Shown here: positions 16,661 through 38,635 of the stretch, piece after piece
How the letters are laid out: every line of letters begins with the position of its first letter
Position numbering within the stretch: the first letter of the stretch is position 1
Assembly (NCBI GenBank): GCA_020137815.1
Contig: CM035356.1
Location: forward strand, 2,790,001-2,854,000
DNA length: 64,000 bases
Source of the DNA: Hormiphora californensis
Lineage: Eukaryota > Animalia > Ctenophora
Direction of reading: 5' to 3'
The notes under the pieces: generated by a model
Databases searched by the model: none
What the model saw: only the letters and a program-made list of their open reading frames with translations
Told to the model about the DNA's origin: nothing
Position numbers and translations under genes: made by a program

Positions 16661-18747
16661 TATAGCTAGCTAAAAAACAGTAATAAAAGTATAAATCAAA
16701 TCTCTCAATCACCACATCAACTTTTCAAACCCAATGCTACATAACATCATTTAATATAACACAATAGATGGACAGACAATACGGACAGATTGAACTTACA
16801 GCATTTTGATGCATGATTGGTACCGTGATGTTGTTGATGATGAGATGATTGATGTGTGTTACTATGTCCTTTTTCAGTTGGGATAGAGATAAACATTTAA
16901 AAATGCTGGCGGAGGCGGGGGGCCTCAACCGCCGCCCGGCAAATTATGCCAATGACACCAACAGATGGAGCCCGTGCCTGTCCTGCCGCTGAAAGCTTTA
17001 TAATCAGTGCTGATAAGAGGTAAGTTTTGGTATAATATCACTCCCAGATCATTATTTTCTGATATTTGTAATTACTATTTGTAACTAACTGTCTGTTACC
17101 TTCAGCGATTACCCAAATCTGGCTAGAGAAGCATTGGTAGAAGCACCTGAACGTCACGGTATCGATCTAACTGATTTAGGCTCCTACCCCATCACACGAG
17201 GAGATCTGAAAGAAAAGGTAAGGTGTGCCATGTATCATGATGTGTGGGTGTGTCAGTGTCCATTACATAAAATGGTATTAGAATAAGGATTGTACTTTGT
17301 TCCTAACTAAAATGTTCTTGCAGCTGATTGAATTGATAAGAAGAAATGCGGTGTTCCTTTGTCAAGGAGAACGATTTGGAGAAACTGTGGGGGTTTTATT
17401 TTATCTGAAAATGAAAAATCTGAGGGTAACAACGATCGAAGACTATGTGATGCAGGTGAGAAGGGAGAGAATTATGTAATCAGTTATGTAGCAACACATT
17501 AATAAAAGATATATTTACAGGTTGCAGGGTATGCTACTGATCATTCTTAATAACCGTATATTATTCCAGGTGACTGATAAGTACTCAAGCACCCAGATCG
17601 CTCATGCTCTGTGTTCGAACCGGTTTGATTACATAAAGGATATGAGATGTGACTTCCACAACGATGCGAATAAGGGTGCTCAGGACAAACAACACTGCAG
17701 CCTGAAAAATGTGTTCAAATGCAGGGATTTAATCTTTAAACTGCTGGATTATCCGCCTGGTAAGTTTTTTATCTTCACATTCAGTGATTACAATTGCAGT
17801 TTTGAAAGTGAAGGAACTTGGTAACTGGTTTATAATCTATCCACCCTCCCTCATTTATACAGGTGAAGAGGAATCCATGGGCATTGGTTACACGCCCACA
17901 AATGTAACCTGTTCTGCAGGAGCCCAAGTTGCTAACATCACCAATTCCACCGCCGCCTCTACTATAGAGGAGGGCATCGGTCAGTTAGCATTATATAATC
18001 AACAAGAACAGCCATCACCTGCACCTCCACAAGAACAGGAAGAGCCACCGAGGAGACCACGACAGCAGCAGAAGAAGAAGGAGGGAGACCCGGACAATCT
18101 TAAACCTTGTCCGGCCCCGAACCCAGGTAACTTGGGTGTTTAGAATAGCACTAAAAAGCAGATATTTTGTGAAATTCCTCTTCTGGTGTTCTATAAAAGG
18201 ATGTGATGTTTCACTCAGTTCTTAGTTTTGTTGTAGCCTCTATAAGAGGCTACAACAAAACTAAGAGCTTGAGCCCCGTACCATTGTTACCATGGCGACA
18301 AAAGGGGGTCTACAGGATAATGAGGTGATGATAATCACCGCGGTGCTCAAGCTCCTCAAAGTTTTTAAAACTTTCCCATGGCCGTTATGTTGCACAATAG
18401 TATTGTTATGGCTTCGGTTAGAGATCCTGTCATTGGTTAAAACGCGGTCATGTGACATTCCATGTGACTCACTTTTGCCCAATAGAATGATCGTATTATC
18501 CAATCCCTAGGGATTTCAAAATGTCCTTTTATGGACACAACAGCCTACACCGCCCAGGTTGTACTGAAATTTAGTACATGGTGCAGAAAACAAAGTATTA
18601 CATGCATTTTATTTAGACAGAAATAACTGAAATATCTTGAATGTTTATTTATTATTCACTTCATAAGATGCTTTACATGTGTATAATTAATTACAGTATA
18701 AAGAATACACGGCAGACAAAGTATAAAAACCATTGTGATTTTATTTC

Positions 18748-18831
<84 letters not shown>

Positions 18832-19170
18832 GAGTTTAACTAGAAAGGACGTGATGGGTGTAAAGGGGCCATGTCTAACTCTACGGAGTGTAATCTTTGT
18901 CAGGTACCATGTTGTAACTGTGATACGGCATAATTACACCCATTGTGCACACAACTGCAGAGTCAGTGAGGCGATTGGTTGTCAACATTTTCGTGGGAAA
19001 TGTGTAAGTAGAGGGCCGAGGGGGTTCATATTTTCTGTTTCTCTTTAGTTGAACTATCGTTTTGCATGTTTCTCTACAGCTGTATGAGTCTTGCTATCTA
19101 ATTCAATGGGGTTAAGTTTTGTGCTTGCGCCTTTCGATTATTCAATATCTTATAGTTATAGTTATTAGTT

Positions 19171-22291
<3,121 letters not shown>

Positions 22292-22430
22292 TTAAATATT
22301 ATGTATATATAAACATACATTATAATATCATAATGAATGACAATCATATTATGTACTACAATCAAATTTAACCTCCTTACCTTTAGTTTTCTACATACAT
22401 AATACATTTCTTCCTCGCTGATATTAGATT

Positions 22431-26462
<4,032 letters not shown>

Positions 26463-26562
26463 NNNNNNNNNNNNNNNNNNNNNNNNNNNNNNNNNNNNNN
26501 NNNNNNNNNNNNNNNNNNNNNNNNNNNNNNNNNNNNNNNNNNNNNNNNNNNNNNNNNNNNNN
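26463..26562. other. Assembly gap (100 N)
   Basis: N run. Confidence 1.
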
Positions 26563-27229
26563 AACGGAAAGGTTTTTTTTTTGAGGAGGAAAGGGAAGAA
26601 GTAAAGGGAGAGAGAGAGGTGAGGGGAGGTGAGAGAAGGGGGGGGGGGGGGGGGGGGGGGGGTTTTATAAACTTTTTATACCTTGGGTGTGGGGGGTGTG
26701 GGGGTGGTGTGTATTGTATACCATAACCCACCCCCCCTCCCCTCCCTCTTAAAATGGGGGGGACTGTCAAGTAAAATTTGGAAAAGGTCAAAACCCTTTA
26801 AAAAACTACAGCAATGGGAAAAGGGCAAAAAAATAGATAATACCCCGGGGGAGAGGGAAAGGGGAAAAAGGGAAAGGGGGGGAAAAGGAGAGCGGGGGAA
26901 AAAGGGAAAAAGCAAACGAAATAAAAGGAAATTTTAAAAAATTTTTCAGATTCGAACTAAAAAATATTAAACCCGTTCAGTTTCAGAATAAATTTAATTT
27001 AAAACCCCTTTTTCAGTGTTTCAAAAAACCCCCGGACGAGGTTTTCGAGTGGAAGGGAGATACACAAATACAACTAAACGTAAGTTTTTTATCCAGCTAC
27101 ACTGCGCCATCAGTTCACTAGTTCAGAGCCCTTTGAGAAACTTTTAATATCACAAGGGACAGCGATACCTTGTATTAATTTTGTATTTATTCTTCTTGAT
27201 CTGTATTTAAACTATTTCAGAGAATCAGT

Positions 27230-28000
27230 AAACGAATAAAGTCCAGTGGCGTTAGTGTAACTGAAATCCTATTTTAAGGGGTGAGTTAGGGAACCCTGCG
27301 TTTATAAACGCATGGATCAGTTGAAGCCAAAATTTAAAAATCACATTTAGGAAAAAATTTTTCAAATAACCGTCTACAGAAAAGCTGTAAAAGAACCCCC
27401 CTTTAAAAAGTAACCTTAATTTAATACCAGTTCCTCCGCGGAAAAAGAAAGCAGTTTCGTTTTGGGAATTTACGGTCACGTCCCTTGTTGAAGAAAAATA
27501 ACATGATTTCTTTGGTATAATCTCGATAGAATAGCATTTTCTCCTTTTAGCATAACATACTACAGCTCCCTTTCCAAAAAAATTTCAAAAAATTTAAAGG
27601 GGGGCTCATGAAAACATGTCGAGGGCTGCAAATAATTTTTCCCTTTTTCTCTATCCCTGTTTTTAGCCGTGAAGTCCGGTCAACACTTAGAGGACCAAGC
27701 AAGGGGAAAGCCTTTAATTGTAGGTTTTTTATCTACAGCTCCCGTTTCTTATCTTTTTACAGGAAAAGACAGGAGTGAGAAAGCCATTAAAGCCGGAAAG
27801 ACCGAAGCATAAGACTTTTTTGAGTAAGTGACGTAGCATAATCAGCACCTTTTGTGGGCCCCTTTTTAAAAAAAAGCACGGGAACCCAGCCCCCCCTAAC
27901 ACAAAAAAAACCCAGACGGGTGGGCAAAACCCCCCAATGGGGGATGGTGGGGTTGGGCCCCCACACGCAATATACTAGGCCCCATTTATTGTCCCCTCCT
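27230..28000 (-). pseudogene. Possible THAP + HTH part of an ISL2EU/Harbinger-like transposase, convergent with the YqaJ gene (low-quality sequence)
   Basis: Fragments YCVWG (THAP-start-like) and IKLRLLF...YSFSV...IFKFWLQL (HTH_Tnp_4-like) in the expected order; no DDE motifs readable. Confidence 0.35.
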
Positions 28001-28411
28001 TTTAGCTGTCTTAAAGCAGTCAATACCTCTAGAGCTGCCCTTTTAATTCCAGACAAACAGGGTTTTTTGGGGCATGGTATCATGTGAACTAGGGGCTTTT
28101 TTATTTAATAAAAATTTTTTTGGAAATTGGGTTTTTTTAATAGTGTCCTCGACCATAATTAAAAAAAGGGATGATTAAAAAGAAAAAAAGAGAGGGATGA
28201 GAGTGGAGGAGCGAAAATAGAAAAAAAAAGAGAAGCCCCAAAAGAGGGGAGCAGGGAGATGATGAAAAATAAGTTCAATTAGATTGCAATATTCTAATAA
28301 TGTCGATGGGAATACAAAAGGAAAGCAAACTAATTCTTCTTCCCAATTCATCTCTCTCATCTAATATCTATCTCTATATAATTCTCTCTCTCTCAACTCT
28401 CTCATCTTCTA

Positions 28412-28468
<57 letters not shown>

Positions 28469-29002
28469 CTTCCACTATATCCTATCTCCACTCAGTCAGT
28501 GCATACGTGTGTGTCGGCTTTTGAAGCAATGCTAGCAGATGACCCCTACCCAAACCGCCAAGGTCTTCCTTCAAGCTTTAGCACAACCTTACTTACATCT
28601 ATATAGTTGAGTCGCCTGACACTATGTTCGTGCTCCCGAATAAAAAGAAAGTATGAACAATTACATCTATAGCATCTTCGACTTTTCATCTTTCTCTCAA
28701 TCTTCTTTTTTTGTGTCTACTTTCTGTATCTCACCTTATTTCTACCAGTCTTTTCTCTGTCTCGCTGACATCCTCAATTACCCATCACATAATTACAATT
28801 TATCGGGGTTTCCGAAAATCATGGTCTGACTGCCAACTTCTAATCAACTCCCCCTTCCTGTTTCAGTGATAGTCCGGTAACAGAGAAAGCAGGTGCTATC
28901 CTGGGTATCAGTAGGGCCCAAACTAACAATGGATGTGAGGTGGAACATAGTGAACCAAACCCTGTCAATCCAATGGTATGGATTAAACTAATAACATGTT
29001 AA

Positions 29003-29504
29003 GGGTACGCTAACCAAAATTTTTTTTCGAGTGCAGGGAAATCTCTCACCGTAGGGTTGTAGGCCATGCCAAGGAGACCTTAAATATGCAATTTGAGCTC
29101 TCAAGTCGAATTCATATTTTTGCTACAGCTGCTTGAAAAATGAACTGAAAATAAGTTTTTGGCATCTCAAAAAAAAATTTTCAAAGATAGGAGCATGAAA
29201 ATTTGGGGATTTGAAGAGGACATGAAGGTGAATAACCACAAAAATGTTTTTTGCAATCCGAGCTGATTTCCGGTCCTGAGATGGATTTCTTTTTTTCCAC
29301 TTTAACGTACTATTTGGCAAAGTTCCGAAAACATGTGAAAGCTGTAAATTGGTGAAAAGTTGCGTCTAACGATTATCTAAGTGGCCATAAATTTTGGGCG
29401 TGTCCTTATTTGAGATAAGCTGTACAGATTTTTTTTGTGAAAGCCGTCATTTCAGAAATAAATAAATTCCCTGCACTCGAAAAAAATTTTTGGTTAGCGT
29501 ACCC
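29003..29504. mobile_element. Non-autonomous TTAA-flanked DNA transposon (Kolobok-like)
   Basis: TTAA-GGGTACGCTAACCAAAATTTTTTTTCGAGTGCAGGGAA...TTCCCTGCACTCGAAAAAAATTTTTGGTTAGCGTACCC-TTAA; RR..YY termini with TTAA TSD. Confidence 0.85.
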
Positions 29505-30065
29505 TTAATGTCTTTCATTTTTCAAGTATACCACTAGTTAGCAGTTACTTACATCCACATTCCAACCGGGTAGGGAAAAAATCCTAACTTAGTTGGGACA
29601 AAAAGTGTCGTTTCTAGTTAGCAATTAGACCCAAGAAGTGGGCAGGAGGTTGTACAATGTAGACCAGGTGCATTTGTGAGTGTTCTAAACCGCAGTACAT
29701 GATAGTTGTTGGGTGTTTATAAGTGGTGGCCATGCACTACCTTATAGGGCGTGGAAAGAGCTGAGAAAAGCGTGTCAGTTAGGAGAGAGAGAGGAAGTGG
29801 GAGAGAGAGATAGAGAGATAGAGAGATAGAGAGATAGATAGATAGATCTGTTGATATATACTGGGATTCCTAGATGTCATCAAGATCGCATGCTTTCTAT
29901 CCTTCTCTCATACCTCTCCCTTCTATCCCATATTTTCTCTCTCAGTACCACTCTCGCTGTCTCTCTCCTTCTCATTATATATCTCACTCTCCCCCGCTCT
30001 ATCGCACAAAGTAAAAAGCTTCTATACGTATATACACAAAGACCCACACTCACAGAGCTACAACA

Positions 30066-30504
30066 CAGACATACAAAGGTCTCAGAGAGTAGAGACAGAC
30101 ATACAAAGGTCTGAGAGAGTAGAGACAGACATACAAAGGTCCCAGAGAGTAGAGACAGACATACAAAGGTCTCAGAGAGTAGATACAGACAAACAAAGGT
30201 CTCAGAGAGTAGAGACAGACACACAAAGGTCTCAGAGAGTAGAGACAGACATACAAAGGTCTCAGAGAGTAGAGACAGACATACAAAGGTCTCAGAGAGT
30301 AGAGACAGACATACAAAGGTCTCAGAGAGTAGAGACAGACATACAAAGGTCTCAGAGAGTAGAGACAGACATACAAAGGTCTCAGAGAGTAGAGACAGAC
30401 ATACAAAGGTCTCAGAGAGTAGAGACAGACATACAAAGGTCTCAGAGAGTAGAGACAGACATACAAAGGTCTCAGAGAGTAGATACAGACATACAAAGGT
30501 CTCA
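30066..30504 (+). repeat. 30-bp minisatellite (AGAGACAGACATACAAAGGTCTCAGAGAGT) x ~14.5
   Basis: Near-identical head-to-tail units with no unique spacers. Confidence 0.97.
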
Positions 30505-30986
30505 AGCAAGCCACTGGCAACCATTCCCCCGGCCTTGCGGTACCCCGTACCTTACTTTACATGATAGAGGGAGAGAGAGAAATGGGGAAAGGAAGAGAAA
30601 TAGAGAGGGGGGATTGAGAGATGTGTAGTAAAGAGCTCGACACATTTTCCAATATTGTATATATATTGCCGTGTCAACGCTCTAATAATGTACTCCATGA
30701 ATTTAAAATTGAGTAGTGAATTCCCTTCCTTTCAGCTCGTTTTCTCTCTATCGCGTGTGTAGATTAGTAAAAAATGGGAAGAGTAGGTGTAGTCATGTGA
30801 CAGAGGGGGGGTGTGTCACAGATCTTTGTGACAAGGTTTCCCGTCAAGTGACGTGGAAATGTCCATACATTCAATGTATATATTACGATATATTACGGGT
30901 GTTATTTTGCGTGTTAGCCACCTCTAGGTTTTCCTCTACACACTTTTCTGCAGACTCGGTGTGGATATCGATCATATCTCTCTCTT

Positions 30987-31055
<69 letters not shown>

Positions 31056-31258
31056 CATATCTCTCTCTCTCTCTCTCACTCTCTCGCTCTCCCCTTCCAT
31101 TCACTTCATTTTCGGAATTTTTCGAGATAAAAACGACAGTAGTGAAACCTTTCTTTCATCGACTACAGTATTGTCTACCTGTCTACTTGTCGGTAGAAGA
31201 AACCATAACCACATCTCCCCCGATATTGTCCCAGTAATTCTTTATTGACCCCTTCAGA

Positions 31259-34200
31259 TCTGGACGGTATATCTGGGGTCTGATTCACCGCCCCTAATCC
31301 GTGTTGTCCACCCTTCTCTATCTGGTCGGGAGCACTGTTTCTGTGTTGAGACTAGCAATAGAAACTCCTATCTGGCGTGCAAGAGTGATCTGGAACTTAA
31401 CCGCTGGATCGATAGGTAACTAACAAGCACGTACTGCTGTAGTTATTCTTCATTTGACGTCTTTGAATTTTAAACTTTTAACTGGAGAAAAGAATGTGTT
31501 TGGTTTCATATCAATGTCTAAATTATAAGCAATTGTAACTGCACTTTCGGCCAATTACAATTGCATTGATCGTGCTTCTGATTACCCTTAACACCCCTAA
31601 CACCCTTCATGTCATCCATGTCACCCCTCTAACACCCTCTCACAGTTTACAGCATGTTATTGATCCACTCAAAGAGGAACGAGTCCAATACGACCAATCT
31701 CTCACAGTGTGGATCACAGAGGCCAAGCACTTGCCAAAGAAGAGGTTAGAACGCGCAGGGGCGCGCGGGATAGTTAACTGCGCGCAAAGTACACAATTGT
31801 TAGCTCGAATTGCGCCCTAAACCGCATGGAGTTGAATGCTGCAATATGTCTCAGACACCAATTCAAGTTCATCACTTGCTCGACCCTCTCTCATCCCTCT
31901 CTCATCACTGGATTGTTTTCAGGTTTTTCGCTGAACTCTTTCTGGATGACATGTTTTGCTGTCGGACTGTCACAAAACCTGTCACAGAGATGTTATTCTG
32001 GGGTGAACATTTTAAATTCTGGTAAGACATTGTTACACTTATTATATGTATAATAAGTGTGGTATACCCACTTCTATCCTCCCTCCTTCTCGAGAATTTT
32101 CCTCCGTGACTACACAAATTTGCTGCTAATTGCCCCCTCCCTCCCTCTCAGGGACCTGCGGACGTTTCACAAAATACGGGTGGTGTTGAAGCGTGAGAAC
32201 AAGAATAAGAAAGCAGCTGTTGTGGGAGAGACAGAGATTTGTGTAGCCGACCTGACTCTGGGAACTGAGCATGAGCACTGGTAAGGGCCAGGGGATATGT
32301 ATTGGTAAGGGCCAGGGGATATGTACTGGTAAGGGCCGGGGGATGTGTAGTGTGTACTGGTAAGGGCCGGGGGATGTGTAGTGTGTACTGGTAAGGGCCA
32401 GGGGATGTGTTATACTGGTAAGGGGATGTGGATGCCGGTAAGAGGATATTTGGAAAGAACAGGTGGCTGTGAAAATAACATATTCTGTCAAACCATGGCA
32501 CATACATGGCCAGGATACATGGTGTGTAACAGGGAGTGACAAATGTTAGCACGGCCACGAGGTGATCCAAAAAAAGAAAGAAAAGAACTTCCTCACAATT
32601 TCAGAAGTAGCTGCTACTTCATAGTCCAACCATTGCCTACTCAGTAGTAGTTTTCACGGGAGAGTATTCTTCTTCTTCTTCTTGGAGGCCGTCTCTTTTT
32701 GGGTCGAGATAAAGGGAGAGTCACTAGAGTTATTAATAGGTGTTAGGTATTGCTGCAACTGGAGCGTGTTGGGTGTGGTCCCCCTCCATTTGCAGGATAG
32801 TGTTAAACACTTTCGGGTGGAACATTTTACACGTTTAGTTGCCCCACTCCCCATGCAAGTGCACAGGGAGTTACAATATGGTAACTGTGTCTGTATTTCC
32901 AAGCAGTAAAACCGGGCGGAAACGAGCACCATACAATGACACCCCCTTCCTCTGTAATCTGTTATAGGTACAATGACTAACACCCCCTCCCTCTCTCTGT
33001 AGGTACAATGACTAACACCCCCTCCCTCTGCAGGTACAATGACTAACACCCCCTCCCTCTGTAGGTACAATGCCTAACACCCCCTTCCTCTGTTATAGGT
33101 ACAATGACTAACACCCCCTTCCTCTGTTATAGGTACAATGACTAACACCCCCTCCCTCTGTAGGTACAATGCCTAACACCCCCTTCCTCTGTTATAGGTA
33201 CAATGACTAACACCCCCATCCCTCTGTAGGTACAATGACTAACACCCCCTCCCCTCTGTAGGTACAATTACTAACACCCCCTCCCTATGCAGTAGGTACA
33301 ATGACTAACACCCTCCCTCCCCTCTGTAGTTACAACCTGGTTAACACCCCCTTTATACTCTGTTATAGGTACAATGAATAACACCCCCTTCCTCTGCAGG
33401 TACAACCTGGCTGGTCCAGGCCAGAAGCCATCATCCTCAGGATCCTCGGGACAAAGTGGAAAGGAGCCACAGATCCGGTTGAAAGTGAAGTTACAAATAC
33501 TAACCATGCTGCCTCTCAACTACTATGAGTCTCTCTTACCTATCTGACTTCTAGGTGTGTGTGGATCATCTCATTTCTATCTGTATTTTAATAAATTCTG
33601 ATACCAAAAAGCCAACAAATGGTGACTTCTATACTTTTTTGTTCTTCAATAAAAGATTAAACATCCCTATCATTCACACAGCTACCCTACACATAACAAT
33701 TCTACCCTACACCCACAGTTCGGTGAGCCTATGTAAGGTCCTGGAATCATACCTGAATGTAAGGCAAAAAGAGGAATTAGCTAATCTACTGTTGCGTGTC
33801 CTGCACGACTTTCAAAAAGCTCGGGATTTTCTGGAGGAGATTGTAATGTTAGGTACGTGTTACAAGTTGATATTTAGTCAGCTGTTATGTAGATCTGGTT
33901 GCAGCTTGCTCGAACATCGATATCACCGCGTCCCATTGTACTGCAGGAGGGTTAGAACTTAGAGTATCTGGTTGGTTTGTGTCGACACTCTATCCTCAAT
34001 GAATGGTATCTGGTTTTCTGATTGCCTCCCCATTGCCTCATTATTCTCAGATCTAACTCCTCTTTCCTCCTGCAGATGTAGAGAAGACAGAGGATGCCTC
34101 TCTACTATTCAGGGGGAACTCTATTGCAACCAAGGCTATAGATCTTTACATGAAGTTGATTGGTCTACCCTATCTCAAGAAGACTCTATCTATGTTTATA

Positions 34201-37200
34201 CGGGATGTCTACTACAATGCCCAGGATTTTGAGGTACTAAATTTAAAACATTGTGAGGTACATTAATATATCAAACATACAATTAGGGGTCAATAAATTG
34301 CTAATATATCACGTCTATATATCTCCGTTTCGTCAAAACGGCCATGTTTATTTCCTAATTCATTTTCAGGTGGACACGACACGAATAGCCGCGGGGGAAG
34401 ACTTCACTACTAACCAACAAAATATGAGAATGAAAGTTGACAAGGCCTGGGCTCTCATTCTTTCATCATACCCAAAGTTTCCGTTAGGTAAACAAATTAA
34501 CAGTTAATTACAGGACGTGGGAGGGATTCAGTCAACAAGCACGGTGTAGATTGTGTTGAACATCCCACTGTTGAAGGCATGTTCCCAATAAATACCCTCG
34601 CCCCCAGATTTGAGGGAGTTGTTTTCTCGTATTCGTGTCCGCTGCGAAGAGACGGGTCGTGGTGACATATCCCGGAATATACTCTCTGGCTCCATATTTC
34701 TCCGGTTTTTCTGTCCTGCTATCATGTCCCCCTCCCTGTTTAATCTTGCGGAGGAATATCCAGATGAACGGATCAGTAGATGTCTTATCATCACTGCTAA
34801 AGTTATACAGAACCTCGCTAATTTTACAAAGTGAGTCCATGGGATATTAAACAGAATACCTAACTTATTAATTAGCAATGATGCTACTTTCCTAATTAGT
34901 ACTGATTATAATTGGGTCGCATGATTATGACAATGATTCTCTAATTTGTTACTTATCTACCATATCTCCCTCTGAATTAGTAATGATTCTCTAATCAGCT
35001 ACCTATATACCATATTTTTCAGGTTTGGAGGCAAGGAGGAGTACATGAGTTTTATGAATGATTTTGTGGAGACTGCCATCCCAAACATGGACCTGTTCCT
35101 CTCTAAAATATCGGTAAATACTTTGGTAACCCACGTCCAACAAGTTATACCAGACCCACTAGGAGCACTTGGTAATAAAATTACCCCTCTGTTATTATTG
35201 CAATAAAAGGGGTGACTTCGTAACCACTAATATATATATAAGAGCACAGAGTGCATACCATTTTCCCAGACCAAACCCTAAAACACAATTAAAACACGAT
35301 GTATTAATTTTCAATTGCGAGAGTGTACTGCAATAGACACACATGTAAAATTATAAGAATTTGGGCGATGTCAAACCACCAATTAAGGTACAGCAGTCCC
35401 TACTGCTGTACTCGGTACTGCATATATCTGTCAGAGCATTGGCCTGACCCATTCTCGTGGTCAGAGCATTGGCCTGACAGGCATATATTGTTATAGGCCG
35501 TACTCTATGGTTCACGGGCCCCACGAACATGCTTGGAGGATTATATCAAGATTGTAGCTGCCGGGTCTACCAGAGATTTAAGACAACAACAATCCTTCTC
35601 CACACGTCGTCGAAAAAACAATAATTTAAACGAGAAGAATTCACCATCCCTCTCTCTCTCCCACGAAAATCAGTCTCTGCCTCCCTCGTCAGAGAGCTGA
35701 TCTACCAAAAAACAACATTCTATCTCTCTAGAAAGCTGCTGTAATGTCCATTCCCACAGTGGTCCTCATCAGGATGGTCTCCAGGATGCTCATGATAGAG
35801 ACTGCTGAACCTCTCATTGTCTGTCCAGTGGCTCGGTCACAGCTGGTGAAGTCACAATAGACACACACCTAGAGGAGAAAGAGGAGGGTTATTTGTGTAG
35901 TGGGGCAGGAAATTCTTCTGGGAAAATGTATCTGATACAGATACTATCTGAGGTACAGACAGAAAGAAAAGGGATTTTAATGTGGTTGAGTTGTTGAGTA
36001 CTGACCTCAGGGTTACCGGTTATTTCCACCATCAGGATCTCCATGCCGTTCATCAGGTCCTTTTCCTTTTTAGTAAAATGTTGAGCATTCTCCTTGAATT
36101 TACACCTGAGGGAAGGGAGTGTGAAACGGCCCTTAACTTTGGTTTAAATAGAAGTTTAAAGTAAGAGTGGTGCGCCGTGTTTTCTCACAAAACTTAGTGG
36201 ATGAACGGGGAGTACCCCGTCAAGTAGCTCCCCTGCTATCAACCCTGTAAAACTACACCAGCTGTACAACTGCACGTTGATTTCAGCCCCGTTCGTACAA
36301 AGAACAGTTTGAAGAACTTACATGATTATTCTGAATGACTAATGATATCTGAGCAAGAACTTACTTGAGTTCCAGGAAGCTAAATGTAAGGAGTTTTCCC
36401 AGGGATCTGTTATCCAGCTGAGTCACTATCGCCTCCTCCCTTCCACAGCTGTGAGCATCGTCATCTATCGGCTCTTTGATGAGCTCAACCAGCTTATTGT
36501 GCATCTTATGGGTTTTAGTCCAGGCCTGGCCCAACGATCTAGAGAGAGGCAGTCTGTTAGTTACAAATTATAGTTACTAGTTACAGTATAGTTACTAATA
36601 ACTAAATTACGGAGGAGGAGTAGCTCTAACCACAAAACAGGTAATTACTGCTAGCTACTTACACGTTGAGAGACTTTGGTAGGTTGGTGCAGTACCGGGT
36701 AGACTCTAGTATGGAGCCACCAGACGCCATGACAAGAAAAGAGGCAAGGGAGAGAAGACTAGAGAACATTATTATGGTAAATTAGTGGTGCACTGATTTC
36801 CCCCTCAATCCACCCCCTTTAAATACGGCGCCATTAGCTGCTAAGCTGGCCCCCTCACACCCAAATTCCCTTTGACAGTGTCCAGCTTGCTACCCGTTTA
36901 CTTTCTAAGCCGTGATTGGGTAGATCCTTCAGTCTAAAAGACCCCCTTTACTTGTTCGCTCTGGTGCTATCCTCAAAGGATTGGGTTGAACCACTGTCAG
37001 GCCAATGCTCTGACAGTTGAACCATGTATCACGTGGTGGACTATCTGTCTCATAATTCATCAGATTGGGACTAATTGGGCCATGTACGTGGTCACGTGAC
37101 CACGTACTAGACACGTGACCACGTACTAGACACGTGACCACGTACTGTGCACCTTGCGCATTGTAGTAGCCAATTTCTATCAATCACGATAACTGCGTGA

Positions 37201-38571
37201 AGGTTGTAGAGGTAGAACGGAGAGTATTTTATACACTGTTATTGCTTACTATGGGGAAAAGGGAGTTGGATCACTGCAATGGGAGAGCTCAGAGCACACC
37301 ATACATATTACATGCATGTATGGTGTGCTCTGAGCTCTCCCTCGGGAAACCGGAAAGAAAGAGAGAGATAGAGATCGGAGAAAGGAACAGCTATATATAG
37401 TGGAAGAATAAAGTTGACAACAAAGAACACGTACTTATCTTCAACGTGCCTTGCCTAATGCTTTTTTCCAGCCTCTCTCTCTGCGATAAAGGAAGGTTAG
37501 AGCATAACAACACGAGTCTAAATAGTTTGGTTTTAGTTTTGTACACCGTTATCCTAATTCTCATCTATCTAATATGATATTTAGCGATTCGTTCGTATCT
37601 ACATTTTCATTTCTTATAGTACTGATGAAATGCTGATTTTCCTACTTCTGTTTCTTCCGGTGGTCGGGGGAGAAACCTCGAAACAGCTAAAGATTGTTGA
37701 AGCAACAGCCAGTGGATTTGATAGTGGAGTTGGGTACAACAACGTACCATCAAATGCAATCGATGGTGATAATAACACTTATTATCACTCAGATTATTCA
37801 GCGGGTCAAAAGTGGCTCAAATTGAAGTTGGAGTACCAATCTTATATCCATACAATTTCGGTTGTCAATAGGTAAGTTTAGGTGGGCAGGTGACTGCTTT
37901 TAAAGTGCTTTGTTAGGCAAGAGATATGTTGCTACAGTAATAGAGAGATGCATAGGAACATGGAGAAATACTACAAGATAGAACCAAATAAAATAATTCT
38001 ATGAGAATGAGTAACACTGGTTCACCAGGTGGGGGGAATGGAATCACCGAATCATTGGAACTGAAGTTAGCATCCTACCAACACCAGCCAATAAACTTGT
38101 CTGTGGTAGGATTGATGAGATTCTCTCTACGGATACTATCGACTACAGTCCTGCTGTTGCCAGGACCTACGTTTTTCATTGTGATGCTGAGATCGCAACA
38201 AGCTACATCTACCTATATAAAGACACCAGTTATAATAGTGTAGATAAAAATCCAATAATGACCATAAGTGAAGTATGGGTGACAGGGATTATACATGCAA
38301 GTAAGTTCTGTAGTAGTTGTTGTAATGGGTGGGTCGGGATAAAATTTGGGGTGGTTTGCTTATTACCAGCGGTCAAGAGACGGGCATCTCTTGATTTGTT
38401 GCTTTACGAGCTTTTAAATACTACTAATTCATGATAACTTATCATTACTAAGTTGACGTTTACTTCCTTTATGAGCCCGAAAGCTGGAACCAACAAAGAG
38501 AAGACTCCTAGCTTCATTTCGAAGCATGCCTGGGCGAACAATTCTGAACATAGAAGCTTGCCTTGTTCGAG

Positions 38572-38635
<64 letters not shown>

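Larger units (their letters stand above)
13879..18143 (+). pseudogene. MAEL: Maelstrom paralog 1 (HMG box + MAEL); 2-nt frameshift at ~14350, split by an assembly gap/overlap, last RG-rich exon not found; may be intact in reality
   Basis: HMG exon MGKKQAGYVIFAK...ASHDWKKLPPAEKEKFKLMAK; MAEL motifs LLDVQT, PAEVA, RHGI, RFDY...RCDFH...HCSLKNV. TATGTGTCAACC versus TATGTCAACC in paralog 2. Confidence 0.75.
8130..18205 (+). repeat. Segmental duplication copy A (uncharacterised gene + atypical Rho + Maelstrom); partner at ~42885-52228
   Basis: Collinear similarity over exons, introns and intergenic DNA; the copies differ by independent TE insertions. Confidence 0.9.

Noticed and set aside
16944-17500. 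Apparent internal exon duplication, or a fifth Maelstrom copy
   Set aside because: Appears identical to 14394-14951, which ends exactly at the N gap; best explained as contig overlap.
30066-30504. Regular 30-bp repeat resembling a CRISPR array, and repeat ORFs 29880-30524 / 30050-30520
   Set aside because: No unique spacers, no cas genes, eukaryotic context; it is a plain minisatellite and the ORFs are by-products.
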